Source: an uncultured Candidatus Pelagibacter sp. (GTDB lineage Bacteria > Pseudomonadota > Alphaproteobacteria > Pelagibacterales > Pelagibacteraceae). Taken from it: a stretch of 64,000 nucleotides of DNA. Below the pieces are notes generated by a model, which had not been told where the DNA came from, ran no database searches, and saw only the letters and a list, made by a program, of their open reading frames with translations. Positions 53,386 to 62,337 of the stretch are shown piece after piece (positions within the stretch are counted from its first letter, which is position 1; each line of letters starts with the position of its first letter). The translations under genes and the position numbers were made by a program. The DNA is taken from assembly GCA_905612525.1 (NCBI GenBank), contig CAJQSG010000006.1:17665-81664 (forward strand), in the 5' to 3' direction.

Positions 53386-54471
53386 ATGGAAATATTTAAT
53401 AATTTTACCGATCTGTTTCTTTCTGTTTGGTCTAAAGGAATTCGAGGAGTTGATATTTTTCAAATACTTATTGGTATTGGAATATTTTTTATTTTCTTAG
53501 TTTTTAGAGGAATAATAAGTAAAGTTATTATTAAAAGACTAGAAGCCATCGCAAAGAGAACTACAAACAAATTAGATGATACTTTCGTTCATGCGATGGA
53601 AGGGCCTGCTAGATTTTTACCAATAGTTTTGGGATTTTTTATTGCAAGTTATTATATGTCCTTTGGTGAAGACGCTAGAGCTGTAGTTGATACAATTAAC
53701 AGAACACTGATCACTATTTTAATTTTCTGGTTAATTCATCAAATTGTTGAACCAATTTCTTATATATTAAGTGGACTGGATAAAATGTTAACCCGTGAGT
53801 TAATTGGTTGGATTATTAAATCTTTAAAAATTTTAATTTTTATTTTAGGATTGGCTGCTGTTCTAGAGCTTTGGGGAATAAAAATAGGACCAATTATTGC
53901 TGGACTTGGTTTATTTGGTGTTGCTGTTGCTTTGGGTGCGCAAGATTTATTCAAAAATTTAATTTCTGGAATTTTAGTATTAGTAGAAAAAAGATTTAAA
54001 ATTGGTGATTGGATTTTAGTAGAAGGTATCATTGAGGGTATTGTTGAGAAAATTGGATTTAGATCAACTGTCTTAAGAAAATTTGATAAGTCTTTAGCTA
54101 TAATTCCTAATTTTCAGTTTGCTGAAAATGCAGTTATTAATATCAGTGAAACAACCAATTGGAGAATAGACTGGGCAATAACACTTCAATATGACACTAC
54201 AGTTGATCAGTTAAAAAAGATAAGGAATGAAATCGAAAATCATATTAAGAAAAGTGATGACTTTGATAATGATGTAGGAATCGCAGTCCGAGTTGAAAAG
54301 TTTTCAGATAGCTCTATAGATATGAGAGTTAGATGTTTTACCACCTCCAATAGTTTTGTTACTTGGTTAGAAGTTAAAGAAAAACTTGCAATTGAAATTA
54401 AACAAATTGTAGAAGGAAATAGTGCAGCTTTCGCTTTTCCAAGTCAGTCAATTTATATTGAGAAGAAATGA
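53386..54471 (+). CDS. mscS: Small-conductance mechanosensitive channel (MscS family)
   Basis: AGLGLFGVAVALGAQD, GDWI, GIVEKIGFRST, IPN, FAFPSQ. Confidence 0.93.
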   Translation: MEIFNNFTDLFLSVWSKGIRGVDIFQILIGIGIFFIFLVFRGIISKVIIKRLEAIAKRTTNKLDDTFVHAMEGPARFLPIVLGFFIASYYMSFGEDARAVVDTINRTLITILIFWLIHQIVEPISYILSGLDKMLTRELIGWIIKSLKILIFILGLAAVLELWGIKIGPIIAGLGLFGVAVALGAQDLFKNLISGILVLVEKRFKIGDWILVEGIIEGIVEKIGFRSTVLRKFDKSLAIIPNFQFAENAVINISETTNWRIDWAITLQYDTTVDQLKKIRNEIENHIKKSDDFDNDVGIAVRVEKFSDSSIDMRVRCFTTSNSFVTWLEVKEKLAIEIKQIVEGNSAAFAFPSQSIYIEKK

Positions 54472-54758
54472 TAGCTATTTTTTATTTAGTACTTCAGCTG
54501 TTAAAACTTTATTATTATGTAGTTTTGGCTAACGTCGTAATTAGTTGGCTTGTTTCTTTTAATATTTTAAATACTCAAAATAGGTTTGTTTATTCTATTT
54601 TAGAGATGACTTACCGATTAACTGAACCAATGCTTAATAGAATAAGAAAATTTCTTCCAAATTTAGGATCACTAGATATTGCACCAGTAATATTACTGTT
54701 ATTGATTTGGTTTATAGAAATGTGTATGCACCTATACTTAAAACCAATGATTTTATAA
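54468..54758 (+). CDS. yggT: YggT-family membrane protein
   Basis: ISWL, LTEPMLNRIRKFLP, LDIAP. Confidence 0.93.
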   Translation: MIAIFYLVLQLLKLYYYVVLANVVISWLVSFNILNTQNRFVYSILEMTYRLTEPMLNRIRKFLPNLGSLDIAPVILLLLIWFIEMCMHLYLKPMIL

Positions 54759-54767
54759 GTAGATTTT

Positions 54768-55613
54768 ATGATTTTAATAGATGGAAAAAAAATTGCAGCT
54801 GAGCTTAGAGAAGAACTAAGAAAAGAGGTTGTAGAACTAAAGGCTAAACATAATAAAATTCCAGGACTTACAGTAATATTAATTGGAGATATGGCTCCTA
54901 GTCAAATTTATGTTCGTATGAAAGAAAAAGCTGCGAATGAAGTGGGGTTAAAATCTGAAGTAATTAGATATCCAGAAGCTGTGGAAGAAAAAATAGTTTT
55001 AGATAAAATCGAAGAACTTAATAAAGATGAAAATATTTCAGGAATTTTAGTTCAATTACCTTTACCAAAACACATCGATAAGCAAAAAGTTATTGAAACT
55101 ATTTTACCTGAAAAAGATGTTGATGGGTTTCACCCAATGAATGTTGGCAATCTTTCATCAGGCTATGAAAGTTCAGTACCTTGCACCCCCTTAGGATGCT
55201 ACCTAATGATTAAAAAAATTGAACCAAACTTAAGTGGAAAAAAAGCTGTTATGATTGGTAGATCAAATCTAAATGGTAAACCAATGGCGCAATTGCTTTT
55301 AAAAGAAAATTGTACGGTAACAATAACTCATTCGAAAACTAAAGATTTAAAAGCAGAATGTTTAGAAGCAGATATTATTGTTGCAGCGGTGGGTATTCCA
55401 GAGCTTGTAAAAGCAGATTGGGTTAAAAAAGATGCAATCGTAATTGATGTAGGTATCAATAAAACTGACAAAGGAATTGTTGGAGATGTTGCATTTGAAG
55501 AAGTTTCAAAAGTTGCAAGAGCTTTAACTCCGGTTCCAGGCGGAGTAGGACCGATGACTATTGCATGCTTATTAAAAAATACAATTGAATGTTTTAAAAG
55601 ATCCCAAAAGTAA
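54768..55613 (+). CDS. folD: Methylenetetrahydrofolate dehydrogenase/cyclohydrolase
   Basis: GILVQLPLP, KDVDG, PCTP, DVGIN, TPVPGGVGPMT. Confidence 0.98.
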   Translation: MILIDGKKIAAELREELRKEVVELKAKHNKIPGLTVILIGDMAPSQIYVRMKEKAANEVGLKSEVIRYPEAVEEKIVLDKIEELNKDENISGILVQLPLPKHIDKQKVIETILPEKDVDGFHPMNVGNLSSGYESSVPCTPLGCYLMIKKIEPNLSGKKAVMIGRSNLNGKPMAQLLLKENCTVTITHSKTKDLKAECLEADIIVAAVGIPELVKADWVKKDAIVIDVGINKTDKGIVGDVAFEEVSKVARALTPVPGGVGPMTIACLLKNTIECFKRSQK

Positions 55614-56312
55614 GTGTTAAAAAAGATAATAAGAAAACTTCACATACTTCATAGTATTTATATAAAACATAAAATTTTTATAAAGAAAAAATCTTATGCA
55701 ATGGATAGTGAAGATATTGCAGTTCTAGATTATTTTAAAGAAAAACAAAAAGGTTTTTATGTTGATGTTGGCTGTTACCATCCAATACATAGAAACAATA
55801 CATACTTGCTACACAAACAAAAGTGGAATGGTGTAAATATAGATACTAGTGAATTTTCTATTGATTTATTTAATTATATGAGACCTCAAGATTTAAATTA
55901 CAATTGTGCAATCTCTAATAAAAATGAAGTATTAAAACTTTTTTATCAAAAGGACCTTAGTCAATTAAGTACAACAGTTAAATCACAAGCAAAAAGTGCC
56001 TTTCAAGGAGAGATTAAAGAAAAAGAAATGCATGCCTTTTCGTTAGATGAAATATTAAATAGAGGTAAATATAAAAATGCAAAAATTGATTTTTTGGACA
56101 TAGATGTTGAAGGTGCAGATCTTAAAGTGCTTGAAGGTCTTTCATTTGACAAATATAGGCCTGAAATTATTTGTGTAGAAATTTATGATAAAGATGATTT
56201 TAATAATTTAAAATTTAATCTAAAAGAAAGTGACATTTATAGGTTTTTAACTAATAAAAATTATAAGATAATTTGGTCAGGCGTTTTTAGTCATTTATTT
56301 AAAGCATTATAA
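55614..56312 (+). CDS. FkbM-family SAM-dependent methyltransferase
   Basis: FYVDVGCYHP...NNTY, IDFLDIDVEGAD, IICVE; GTG start right after the folD stop. Confidence 0.88.
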   Translation: MLKKIIRKLHILHSIYIKHKIFIKKKSYAMDSEDIAVLDYFKEKQKGFYVDVGCYHPIHRNNTYLLHKQKWNGVNIDTSEFSIDLFNYMRPQDLNYNCAISNKNEVLKLFYQKDLSQLSTTVKSQAKSAFQGEIKEKEMHAFSLDEILNRGKYKNAKIDFLDIDVEGADLKVLEGLSFDKYRPEIICVEIYDKDDFNNLKFNLKESDIYRFLTNKNYKIIWSGVFSHLFKAL

Positions 56313-56319
56313 TTTGTAA

Positions 56320-57030
56320 TTAAGATAACTTAGATCTACCACCATCGACAGCAATTATTTGTCCAGTAATCCAAGAACTTTCTTTAGTAATTAAAAATTT
56401 TGCAAGGGCCGCAGAATCCTTTCCTTCGCCCAGTCTTTTCAGAGGGTGTGCTTTAGCAATTCCTTCTGCAATAGCAGGATTTTTTAACATTGGTTCTGCA
56501 ATCTTAGATTTTGACAAGCTTGGCGCAATGCAATTTACTCTAATATTTGGAGCAAACTCTGCAGCTAAAGTTACAGTTAACCCTTCAACAGCTGCTTTTG
56601 CAGATGCAATAATTGTGTGATTAGTAAATCCTCTTTGAGCTGCAACAGTTGAAAATAAAACTACTGAACCTTTATTCTTTTTTAAACTTTCTTGATAGCC
56701 CTTTATGGCTTCAATTGCTGAATAAAGGTTTAATTTCATACATTTATTCATGTCTGCCTCTGTAACCATTCTTAATGGTTTTAAATCAATTGAACCTACA
56801 CAGTAAGCAATACCTTTAATTTCATTAATGTCTGACTTAACTTTTTCTATAAATCCATCTTCTAAAACATCAGCAACAGTATAAGAGCAACCTAATTTGT
56901 CTGCGATCACTTTAACTTCATCTTCATTCCTAGCAACTAAGTGAATATCACTTCCTGAATTTTTTAATTGTTCGGCTAAGCTAGAACCGACAGAACCTGT
57001 CGCACCAAAAATAAGATATTTTTCTGACAT
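56320..57030 (-). CDS. SDR-family oxidoreductase (atypical active site)
   Basis: GATGSVG Rossmann motif, IRVNCIAP, WITGQIIAVDGG; IASAK in place of YxxxK. Confidence 0.92.
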   Translation of the reverse strand: MSEKYLIFGATGSVGSSLAEQLKNSGSDIHLVARNEDEVKVIADKLGCSYTVADVLEDGFIEKVKSDINEIKGIAYCVGSIDLKPLRMVTEADMNKCMKLNLYSAIEAIKGYQESLKKNKGSVVLFSTVAAQRGFTNHTIIASAKAAVEGLTVTLAAEFAPNIRVNCIAPSLSKSKIAEPMLKNPAIAEGIAKAHPLKRLGEGKDSAALAKFLITKESSWITGQIIAVDGGRSKLS

Positions 57031-57057
57031 ATAATTTTTATTTAGTTATATTTAAAC

Positions 57058-58548
57058 ATGAATTTGTTTTTTATACTTGGCAATCAATTATTTCCATTAA
57101 AATACGTAGACCGCTTCAAAAAGGACCACCTATTTTATATGGCTGAAGACTACGAGTTATGCACCTATGAGAAGCATCATAAGCAAAAGATACTGCTATT
57201 TCTATCTTCTATGAGGTCATATGCGGATATGCTTAAGGTGAATAAATACAAAGTTGAATATTCTAAAATTGAGGACAAAGATTTTAAAGATACTTATTTT
57301 AAGAAATTAAAAATTATCATTGATAAAAAAAAAATTACTGAAATTTCAAGCTTTGAGGTTGAGGATAAATTTTTTGAAAAGAAAATTTCACAATTTTTAA
57401 AAAAAGAAAAAATTAACTGGAATATTGTTCAAACTCCAATGTTTCTAAATTCAAGAGATGAGTTTAAAAATTATTTAGCAAAATCAAAAAAACCCTTTAT
57501 GGCAACTTTTTATAAGGAGGTTCGTAAAAAATCTGGAATATTAATTGGAGCAGATGGAAATCCTATTGGAGGTAAATGGAGTTTTGATGAAGATAATAGA
57601 AATAAGTTACCGAAAGATATATTAATACCAAAATTTCCAAAAATTAACGAAACCAGTCATACTAAAAAATTAAAACCTATTATTGAAAAGTTTTTTAAAG
57701 ATCATCCTGGTAACACAAGTGATTTTTGGCTTGCAACTGAATACAGTGATGTTGTTAAACTTTTAGATTTTTTTATTAAAGAAAAATCAAATTTATTTGG
57801 TGACTATGAAGATGCTGTTAATCAAAAAGACAATATTTTATTTCATAGTGCATTAAGTCCGTACATTAATTTAGGATTGATAACTCCTGAAATTATCATT
57901 CAAAAAATTTTAGAATTTCATAAAAAACACAAAATTAGAATGAACTCGCTAGAAGGTTATATTCGTCAGGTAATTGGCTGGAGAGAGTTTATGCGTGGAA
58001 TTTATCAAGGGTATTCTAATGAAATGGAAACTAAAAATTTTTTCAAACATGAAAGAAAAATGAAAAATTCTTGGTATGAGGGCACAACAGGTTTGCCACC
58101 ACTTGATCATGCAATTAAGAATGCAGTTAACCACGGTTGGTCTCATCATATTGAAAGATTGATGATTTTATCAAATATAATGAACCTTTGTGAGGTAAAA
58201 CCAACTATTGTTTACAAGTGGTTTATGGAGATGTTTGTAGATTCTTCTGACTGGGTGATGGTTCCTAATGTTTATGGAATGGGTCTGTTTAGTGATGGAG
58301 GTATTTTTGCAACAAAACCATACATCTGTGGATCAAGTTACTTTATGAAGATGATGGATTTTAAAAAAGGCGAATGGTGCAATACGATGGATGGCCTTTA
58401 TTGGAGATTTATAGATAAAAATAGAAAATTTTTTTTAAAGAACCCTAGATTATCAATGATGGTTTATGTATTTGATAAAATGAAAGATGAAAGAAAAAAA
58501 ATGATTTTATCTGAAGCAGATAAATTTATTAAATTAAATACTGCATAA
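57058..58548 (+). CDS. Cryptochrome/photolyase of the bacterial (6-4) photolyase (PhrB/CryB, COG3046) class, apparently without the Fe-S cluster
   Basis: ILGNQL, HHKQK...SMR, GGKWSFDEDNR, FGDYEDA, LFHSALSPYINLGL, EGYIRQVIGWREF, HHIERLM, WVMVPNV, ATKPY. Confidence 0.92.
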   Translation: MNLFFILGNQLFPLKYVDRFKKDHLFYMAEDYELCTYEKHHKQKILLFLSSMRSYADMLKVNKYKVEYSKIEDKDFKDTYFKKLKIIIDKKKITEISSFEVEDKFFEKKISQFLKKEKINWNIVQTPMFLNSRDEFKNYLAKSKKPFMATFYKEVRKKSGILIGADGNPIGGKWSFDEDNRNKLPKDILIPKFPKINETSHTKKLKPIIEKFFKDHPGNTSDFWLATEYSDVVKLLDFFIKEKSNLFGDYEDAVNQKDNILFHSALSPYINLGLITPEIIIQKILEFHKKHKIRMNSLEGYIRQVIGWREFMRGIYQGYSNEMETKNFFKHERKMKNSWYEGTTGLPPLDHAIKNAVNHGWSHHIERLMILSNIMNLCEVKPTIVYKWFMEMFVDSSDWVMVPNVYGMGLFSDGGIFATKPYICGSSYFMKMMDFKKGEWCNTMDGLYWRFIDKNRKFFLKNPRLSMMVYVFDKMKDERKKMILSEADKFIKLNTA

Positions 58549-58877
58549 TGTATATTTCTATAACAGGTATAAAAGTTAAAGGCTTTTTTGGAATGTTAAG
58601 ATTTATGAGGTACACAACACCAAGTTTTGCAGCAGCAAGAAAAGCGAATGGTAATTTGTTTTGTGACTCAAAAAAGATCGATAAGTATTATCATACTCTA
58701 ACTGCTTGGAAGAATAAGAATAAGATGATGGATTATTTAAGAGGTAAACATCATGAGTTGGCAATGAAGAATTTTAGATCTATTGGAACAGGTTCTGTTT
58801 ATGGATATGAAGACGACCTAATGCCGAGTTGGGAAGATGCAATAAAAAAATGGAAAAAAAATTTTAAAGAAATTTAA
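58548..58877 (+). CDS. DUF3291-like (dimeric alpha-beta barrel) protein
   Basis: ARKANGN, HTLTAW, M..Y...KHHELAM, PSWEDA pattern; start overlaps the photolyase stop. Confidence 0.65.
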   Translation: MYISITGIKVKGFFGMLRFMRYTTPSFAAARKANGNLFCDSKKIDKYYHTLTAWKNKNKMMDYLRGKHHELAMKNFRSIGTGSVYGYEDDLMPSWEDAIKKWKKNFKEI

Positions 58878-58878
58878 A

Positions 58879-59001
58879 TTGAAAAAAGAAAATCTACCCT
58901 CAAAAATTTGTATTACCTGTAAGAGACCTTTTACATGGCGAAAAAAGTGGAAGCTAAATTGGGATAAGGTTAAATATTGTTCCAAGAAGTGTTCTGGATG
59001 A
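58879..59001 (+). CDS. DUF2256-family small zinc-ribbon protein, 40 aa (not in the ORF track)
   Basis: Translated by hand from TTG: MKKENLPSKICITCKRPFTWRKKWKLNWDKVKYCSKKCSG; LPxKxCxxCxRPFxWRKKW...VKYCSxxC signature; TGA overlaps the next ATG. Confidence 0.92.
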   Translation: MKKENLPSKICITCKRPFTWRKKWKLNWDKVKYCSKKCSG

Positions 59002-59414
59002 TTTATTTATCTTTATTTATAATATCCTTTTTAGCAGCAACTATCTTACCATTTTCATCTGAACTAACACTAGCTGGCTTAATGGCAACAGCTAGTTATG
59101 ATAATCTATTGTTATTAATAATTGCAAGTTTAGGCAATGTTTTGGGTTCAGTTGTTAATTGGATTTTAGGTTTTTATTCAAGAAAACTTTCAAAAAAAAA
59201 ATGGTTTCCATTTAAAGATGAACAAATAGAAAGGTCTTCAAAATGGTTTAATAAATTTGGAAGATGGTCATTATTATTTGCTTGGGTACCGATTATCGGA
59301 GACCCTTTAACCCTAGCAGCAGGCTTACTCAGAGTTAAGTTTATAGAATTTTTAATTCTGGTGACTATTGGAAAAGTTAGTAGATATTTGGCTGTTTTTT
59401 ATTTGCTTAGCTAA
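58998..59414 (+). CDS. yqaA: YqaA/DedA (VTT-domain) membrane protein
   Basis: SFLAATILPFSSE, GNVLGS, WVPIIGDPL; real start probably the ATG at 58998 (ATGA overlap), not the TTG at 58977. Confidence 0.9.
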   Translation: MIYLSLFIISFLAATILPFSSELTLAGLMATASYDNLLLLIIASLGNVLGSVVNWILGFYSRKLSKKKWFPFKDEQIERSSKWFNKFGRWSLLFAWVPIIGDPLTLAAGLLRVKFIEFLILVTIGKVSRYLAVFYLLS

Positions 59415-59440
59415 TTTTACTGACTGTGTTAAGTAATTCA

Positions 59441-60049
59441 ATGCTTGAAATATTTATCCAAACTTTTTTCTTATATTTTATTGTTATTGATCCTTTGGGA
59501 ACAACGCCACTATTCTTAATTGTCACTCAGCATATGGAGACTAAAGATAAGATTAAAACAGCCTTAAGTGCCACAACAATTGCAGCTGTTATACTACTAT
59601 TTTTCGCATTACTTGGAAGCTCTTTGCTAAGATATTTAAACATATCTTTTCCTGCCTTTACAATTGCAGGTGGGATTATTTTATTTTTAATTTCTATGGA
59701 GATGCTGTTTGATAAGAGACAACAAAGAAAAGAAGGGGACCTTGAATATAATTCAGATAGAGTGAGTGTATTTCCCTTAGCAACACCATTGATAGCTGGG
59801 CCAGCAGGGATTACCTCTGTTATTGTTTCTGTTTCAGATATAGGTAATAATTTTACAAATCAAGCTGTAGGAATATTAGCGCTAGTTTTAGTTTTGCTTT
59901 TAACTTTTACAATTTTTTTTATTGCTTCAAAATCCTCAAAAATAATTAATAAAAAAATAATTAGTGTAATTTCAAGAGTAATAGCAATCATTCTAGCGGG
60001 GCTAAGTGTTCAATATATATTAGACGGACTAAAAACTTTTTTAGCTTAA
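59441..60049 (+). CDS. marC: MarC-family membrane protein
   Basis: IDPLGTTPLF, IAGGIILF, FPLATPLIAGPA; alternative GTG start at 59426. Confidence 0.92.
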   Translation: MLEIFIQTFFLYFIVIDPLGTTPLFLIVTQHMETKDKIKTALSATTIAAVILLFFALLGSSLLRYLNISFPAFTIAGGIILFLISMEMLFDKRQQRKEGDLEYNSDRVSVFPLATPLIAGPAGITSVIVSVSDIGNNFTNQAVGILALVLVLLLTFTIFFIASKSSKIINKKIISVISRVIAIILAGLSVQYILDGLKTFLA

Positions 60050-60092
60050 GATATTGTTCTAGAGAGCATTCTAAATTAGTATAAATTTAGTA

Positions 60093-60821
60093 ATGAATAT
60101 AATTGTCTTACAACATATCAAAATTGAAGACCCAGGTTATATCAAAGATTTAATGTTGGCTGATAATGTTAATTTGACCACCATAGAATTAGATGAGGGT
60201 GAAAAGATACCAAGTGATTTATCAAAGTTTGATGGCATGTTTTGTATGGGGGGTCCTATGGATACTTATATGGAAAAAGAATATCCTTGGTTAGTTGATG
60301 AAAAAAAAAAAATTAAAGAATTTGTTGTTAATCTTAAAAAACCCTATTTAGGGTTTTGTCTAGGTTGTCAGTTATTGGGTGAAGTTGTTGGTGGTAAGGT
60401 TGTGCAATCCAAAATACCAGAAATTGGAATGATGGATATAAATTTTTCTAAAGAAAAAGAAAATGATATTTTATTCTCCTCTTTTCCTGAAAAGATTAAA
60501 AGTTTGCAATGGCACTCTTTTGAGGTTGATGGCCTTGATAGCAACAAAGATGTAATAATTTTAGCTTCATCTCCAGTTACCAAATATCAAATTTTCAAGT
60601 ACCAAAATCACGCTTATGGAATTCAATTTCATATAGAAATTAAAGACACAACAGTTAATGATTGGGGCTGTGTTCCTGAATATAAACAGGCTCTAGAAGG
60701 TCAATTAGGTGAAGGTGCACTAGATAAATTTGATCGAGCAGCAAAAGATAATATGCAAAGCATGAATGATTACTCTAGAATTTTATACTCAAATTTCAGG
60801 GATAAAATTATTTCTAAATAA
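60093..60821 (+). CDS. Type 1 glutamine amidotransferase (GMP-synthase-like, stand-alone)
   Basis: MGGPMD, GFCLGCQL nucleophile elbow, QWH, QFHIE. Confidence 0.92.
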   Translation: MNIIVLQHIKIEDPGYIKDLMLADNVNLTTIELDEGEKIPSDLSKFDGMFCMGGPMDTYMEKEYPWLVDEKKKIKEFVVNLKKPYLGFCLGCQLLGEVVGGKVVQSKIPEIGMMDINFSKEKENDILFSSFPEKIKSLQWHSFEVDGLDSNKDVIILASSPVTKYQIFKYQNHAYGIQFHIEIKDTTVNDWGCVPEYKQALEGQLGEGALDKFDRAAKDNMQSMNDYSRILYSNFRDKIISK

Positions 60822-60824
60822 TAT

Positions 60825-61202
60825 TTATTTTTTTCTTTTTTTAAGACCCAGCTTATCACTATGTCTTAATCTTAAAATAACTATAGCAGATGCTATTAAG
60901 ACGATTGCAACTGCTTCATAAACTAATGCAGAAGGATCCATTTCTTTTCCTTGCAATATAATGAATCTGGCTAATGCAGTGATAGCAATCAAAAGAGGTA
61001 AGGTAATACTTATGGATTGCTGAGACCAAAAAACTCTAACCATTGCTAATACCTCTAAGTATAGAAACATCAGTAGTAGGTCAGCTAGCGTTACAGATTG
61101 ATTTAGAAACATATTCTTAATTTCCATAACAACAGCTATTACCGTACTAATTAAAATAATACCTAATAATACTAGCTGTAAAATTTTTGCAATTTTTTCC
61201 AT
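60825..61202 (-). CDS. psiE: Phosphate-starvation-inducible PsiE-family membrane protein
   Basis: LADLLLMFLYLEV, IAITALARFIIL; four TMs. Confidence 0.88.
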   Translation of the reverse strand: MEKIAKILQLVLLGIILISTVIAVVMEIKNMFLNQSVTLADLLLMFLYLEVLAMVRVFWSQQSISITLPLLIAITALARFIILQGKEMDPSALVYEAVAIVLIASAIVILRLRHSDKLGLKKRKK

Positions 61203-61660
61203 TACTTTACTTTACTAAAAGGTAGCCATTTTTCCAACACTGATTTAGAAGGCCCATCATAAGGAATTGAATAAGAGTTAGGATTGGGGCTTGTTAAAAC
61301 CTCTATTCCTTTAGAAAATACAAAAATAAACACAATTACAAAAACTATTACCATTATCTTAAAAGGATCAAAGTTTTTTGTCTCAAACACACTGTTAGAT
61401 TTTTGCTCGGCCTTATGAAATTGTTTGAAGGTCATATACACTGCAAATATTAAGCCGACGTGCGCAACGTAGAGGCCAGCCCAACCAAACGCAAAAGTTG
61501 AATAAGAAAATATATAAAGACTAAAAACAGTTGTCCAAACGAAACTTAAAACTAATAGAATTTGTAATCTTACTGATCTTGGTAATGCTCTCAAATCATT
61601 TTTGCTATCATCAAATAAAATATTTGCACTATCTATCATCCAGTTTTTTAATGAATTCAT
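61202..61660 (-). CDS. Hypothetical membrane protein
   Basis: 152-aa ORF with about three TMs, stop overlapping the psiE start; function not recognised. Confidence 0.7.
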   Translation of the reverse strand: MNSLKNWMIDSANILFDDSKNDLRALPRSVRLQILLVLSFVWTTVFSLYIFSYSTFAFGWAGLYVAHVGLIFAVYMTFKQFHKAEQKSNSVFETKNFDPFKIMVIVFVIVFIFVFSKGIEVLTSPNPNSYSIPYDGPSKSVLEKWLPFSKVK

Positions 61661-61711
61661 ACAATTATTTTAATTGTTTTCAAGACTAAAACAAAGGTCT
61701 ATTTGTCCATC

Positions 61712-62332
61712 TTATTTATTTAAGTTGGCTTTTATTAAGCTTTCTAAGTTTGCAGAACTTTGAGCTCCTGAAACGACATCTTTTCCAATTTCAAAGAAGG
61801 GGACACCATTAATTTTTTTTTCTTTTGCAATACCGATATAAGAATTAACTTTTTCAACATTGTCTGGATTAAAAAAATTATTTACCTCATTTTCTTTAAT
61901 ATTAAATTCTATTGCAATATTAATTAAAATTTCTTTATTTCCAATATCAAGACCTTCAATAAAGTATGAGTGATATATTTTTTCTTTAACTTGATTTTGT
62001 ATATTTTTCTGTTCTGCTAATTTGATCAATAGGTGAGAAAGCACTGTATTAGGTGTTTTTTTAATATTATTAAGATTAAAATTAAGATCTTCTTTTTCAG
62101 CTTCTTCAGTCATTCGATCATACATTGGTTGAGCAAATTCTTTTCCCCCAAATTTCATTTTTAAATATTGATCTCTTTCAATTCCTTTTTGTGGCATATC
62201 TGGATTTAATTGAAACGGAATATGCTCTATTATAAATTGAGTTTCAGGAAAATTTTTTAAAGTTTTATTTAGTCTTGTCTGACCAATAAAACACCAACCA
62301 CAAATCGTATCCGCAAATATTTTTATAATCAT
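61712..62332 (-). CDS. DsbA-family (FrnE-like) oxidoreductase
   Basis: DTICGWCFIG CxxC, PFQLNPDMP, PNT, GVPFF, SGAQ. Confidence 0.93.
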   Translation of the reverse strand: MIIKIFADTICGWCFIGQTRLNKTLKNFPETQFIIEHIPFQLNPDMPQKGIERDQYLKMKFGGKEFAQPMYDRMTEEAEKEDLNFNLNNIKKTPNTVLSHLLIKLAEQKNIQNQVKEKIYHSYFIEGLDIGNKEILINIAIEFNIKENEVNNFFNPDNVEKVNSYIGIAKEKKINGVPFFEIGKDVVSGAQSSANLESLIKANLNK

Positions 62333-62337
62333 CTTTT

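Noticed and set aside
58977-58997. ORF-track TTG start for yqaA at 58977
   Set aside because: Falls inside the DUF2256 gene; the ATG at 58998 gives an ATGA coupling and a normal YqaA N-terminus
1506-60583. Many short opposite-strand or alternate-frame ORFs in the track (e.g. 1506-1688, 2522-2854, 16433-16852, 31741-32157, 40039-40389, 60368-60583)
   Set aside because: They overlap well-supported genes, have no recognisable motifs and show the Phe/Leu/Ile/Ser-rich composition expected of antisense shadows
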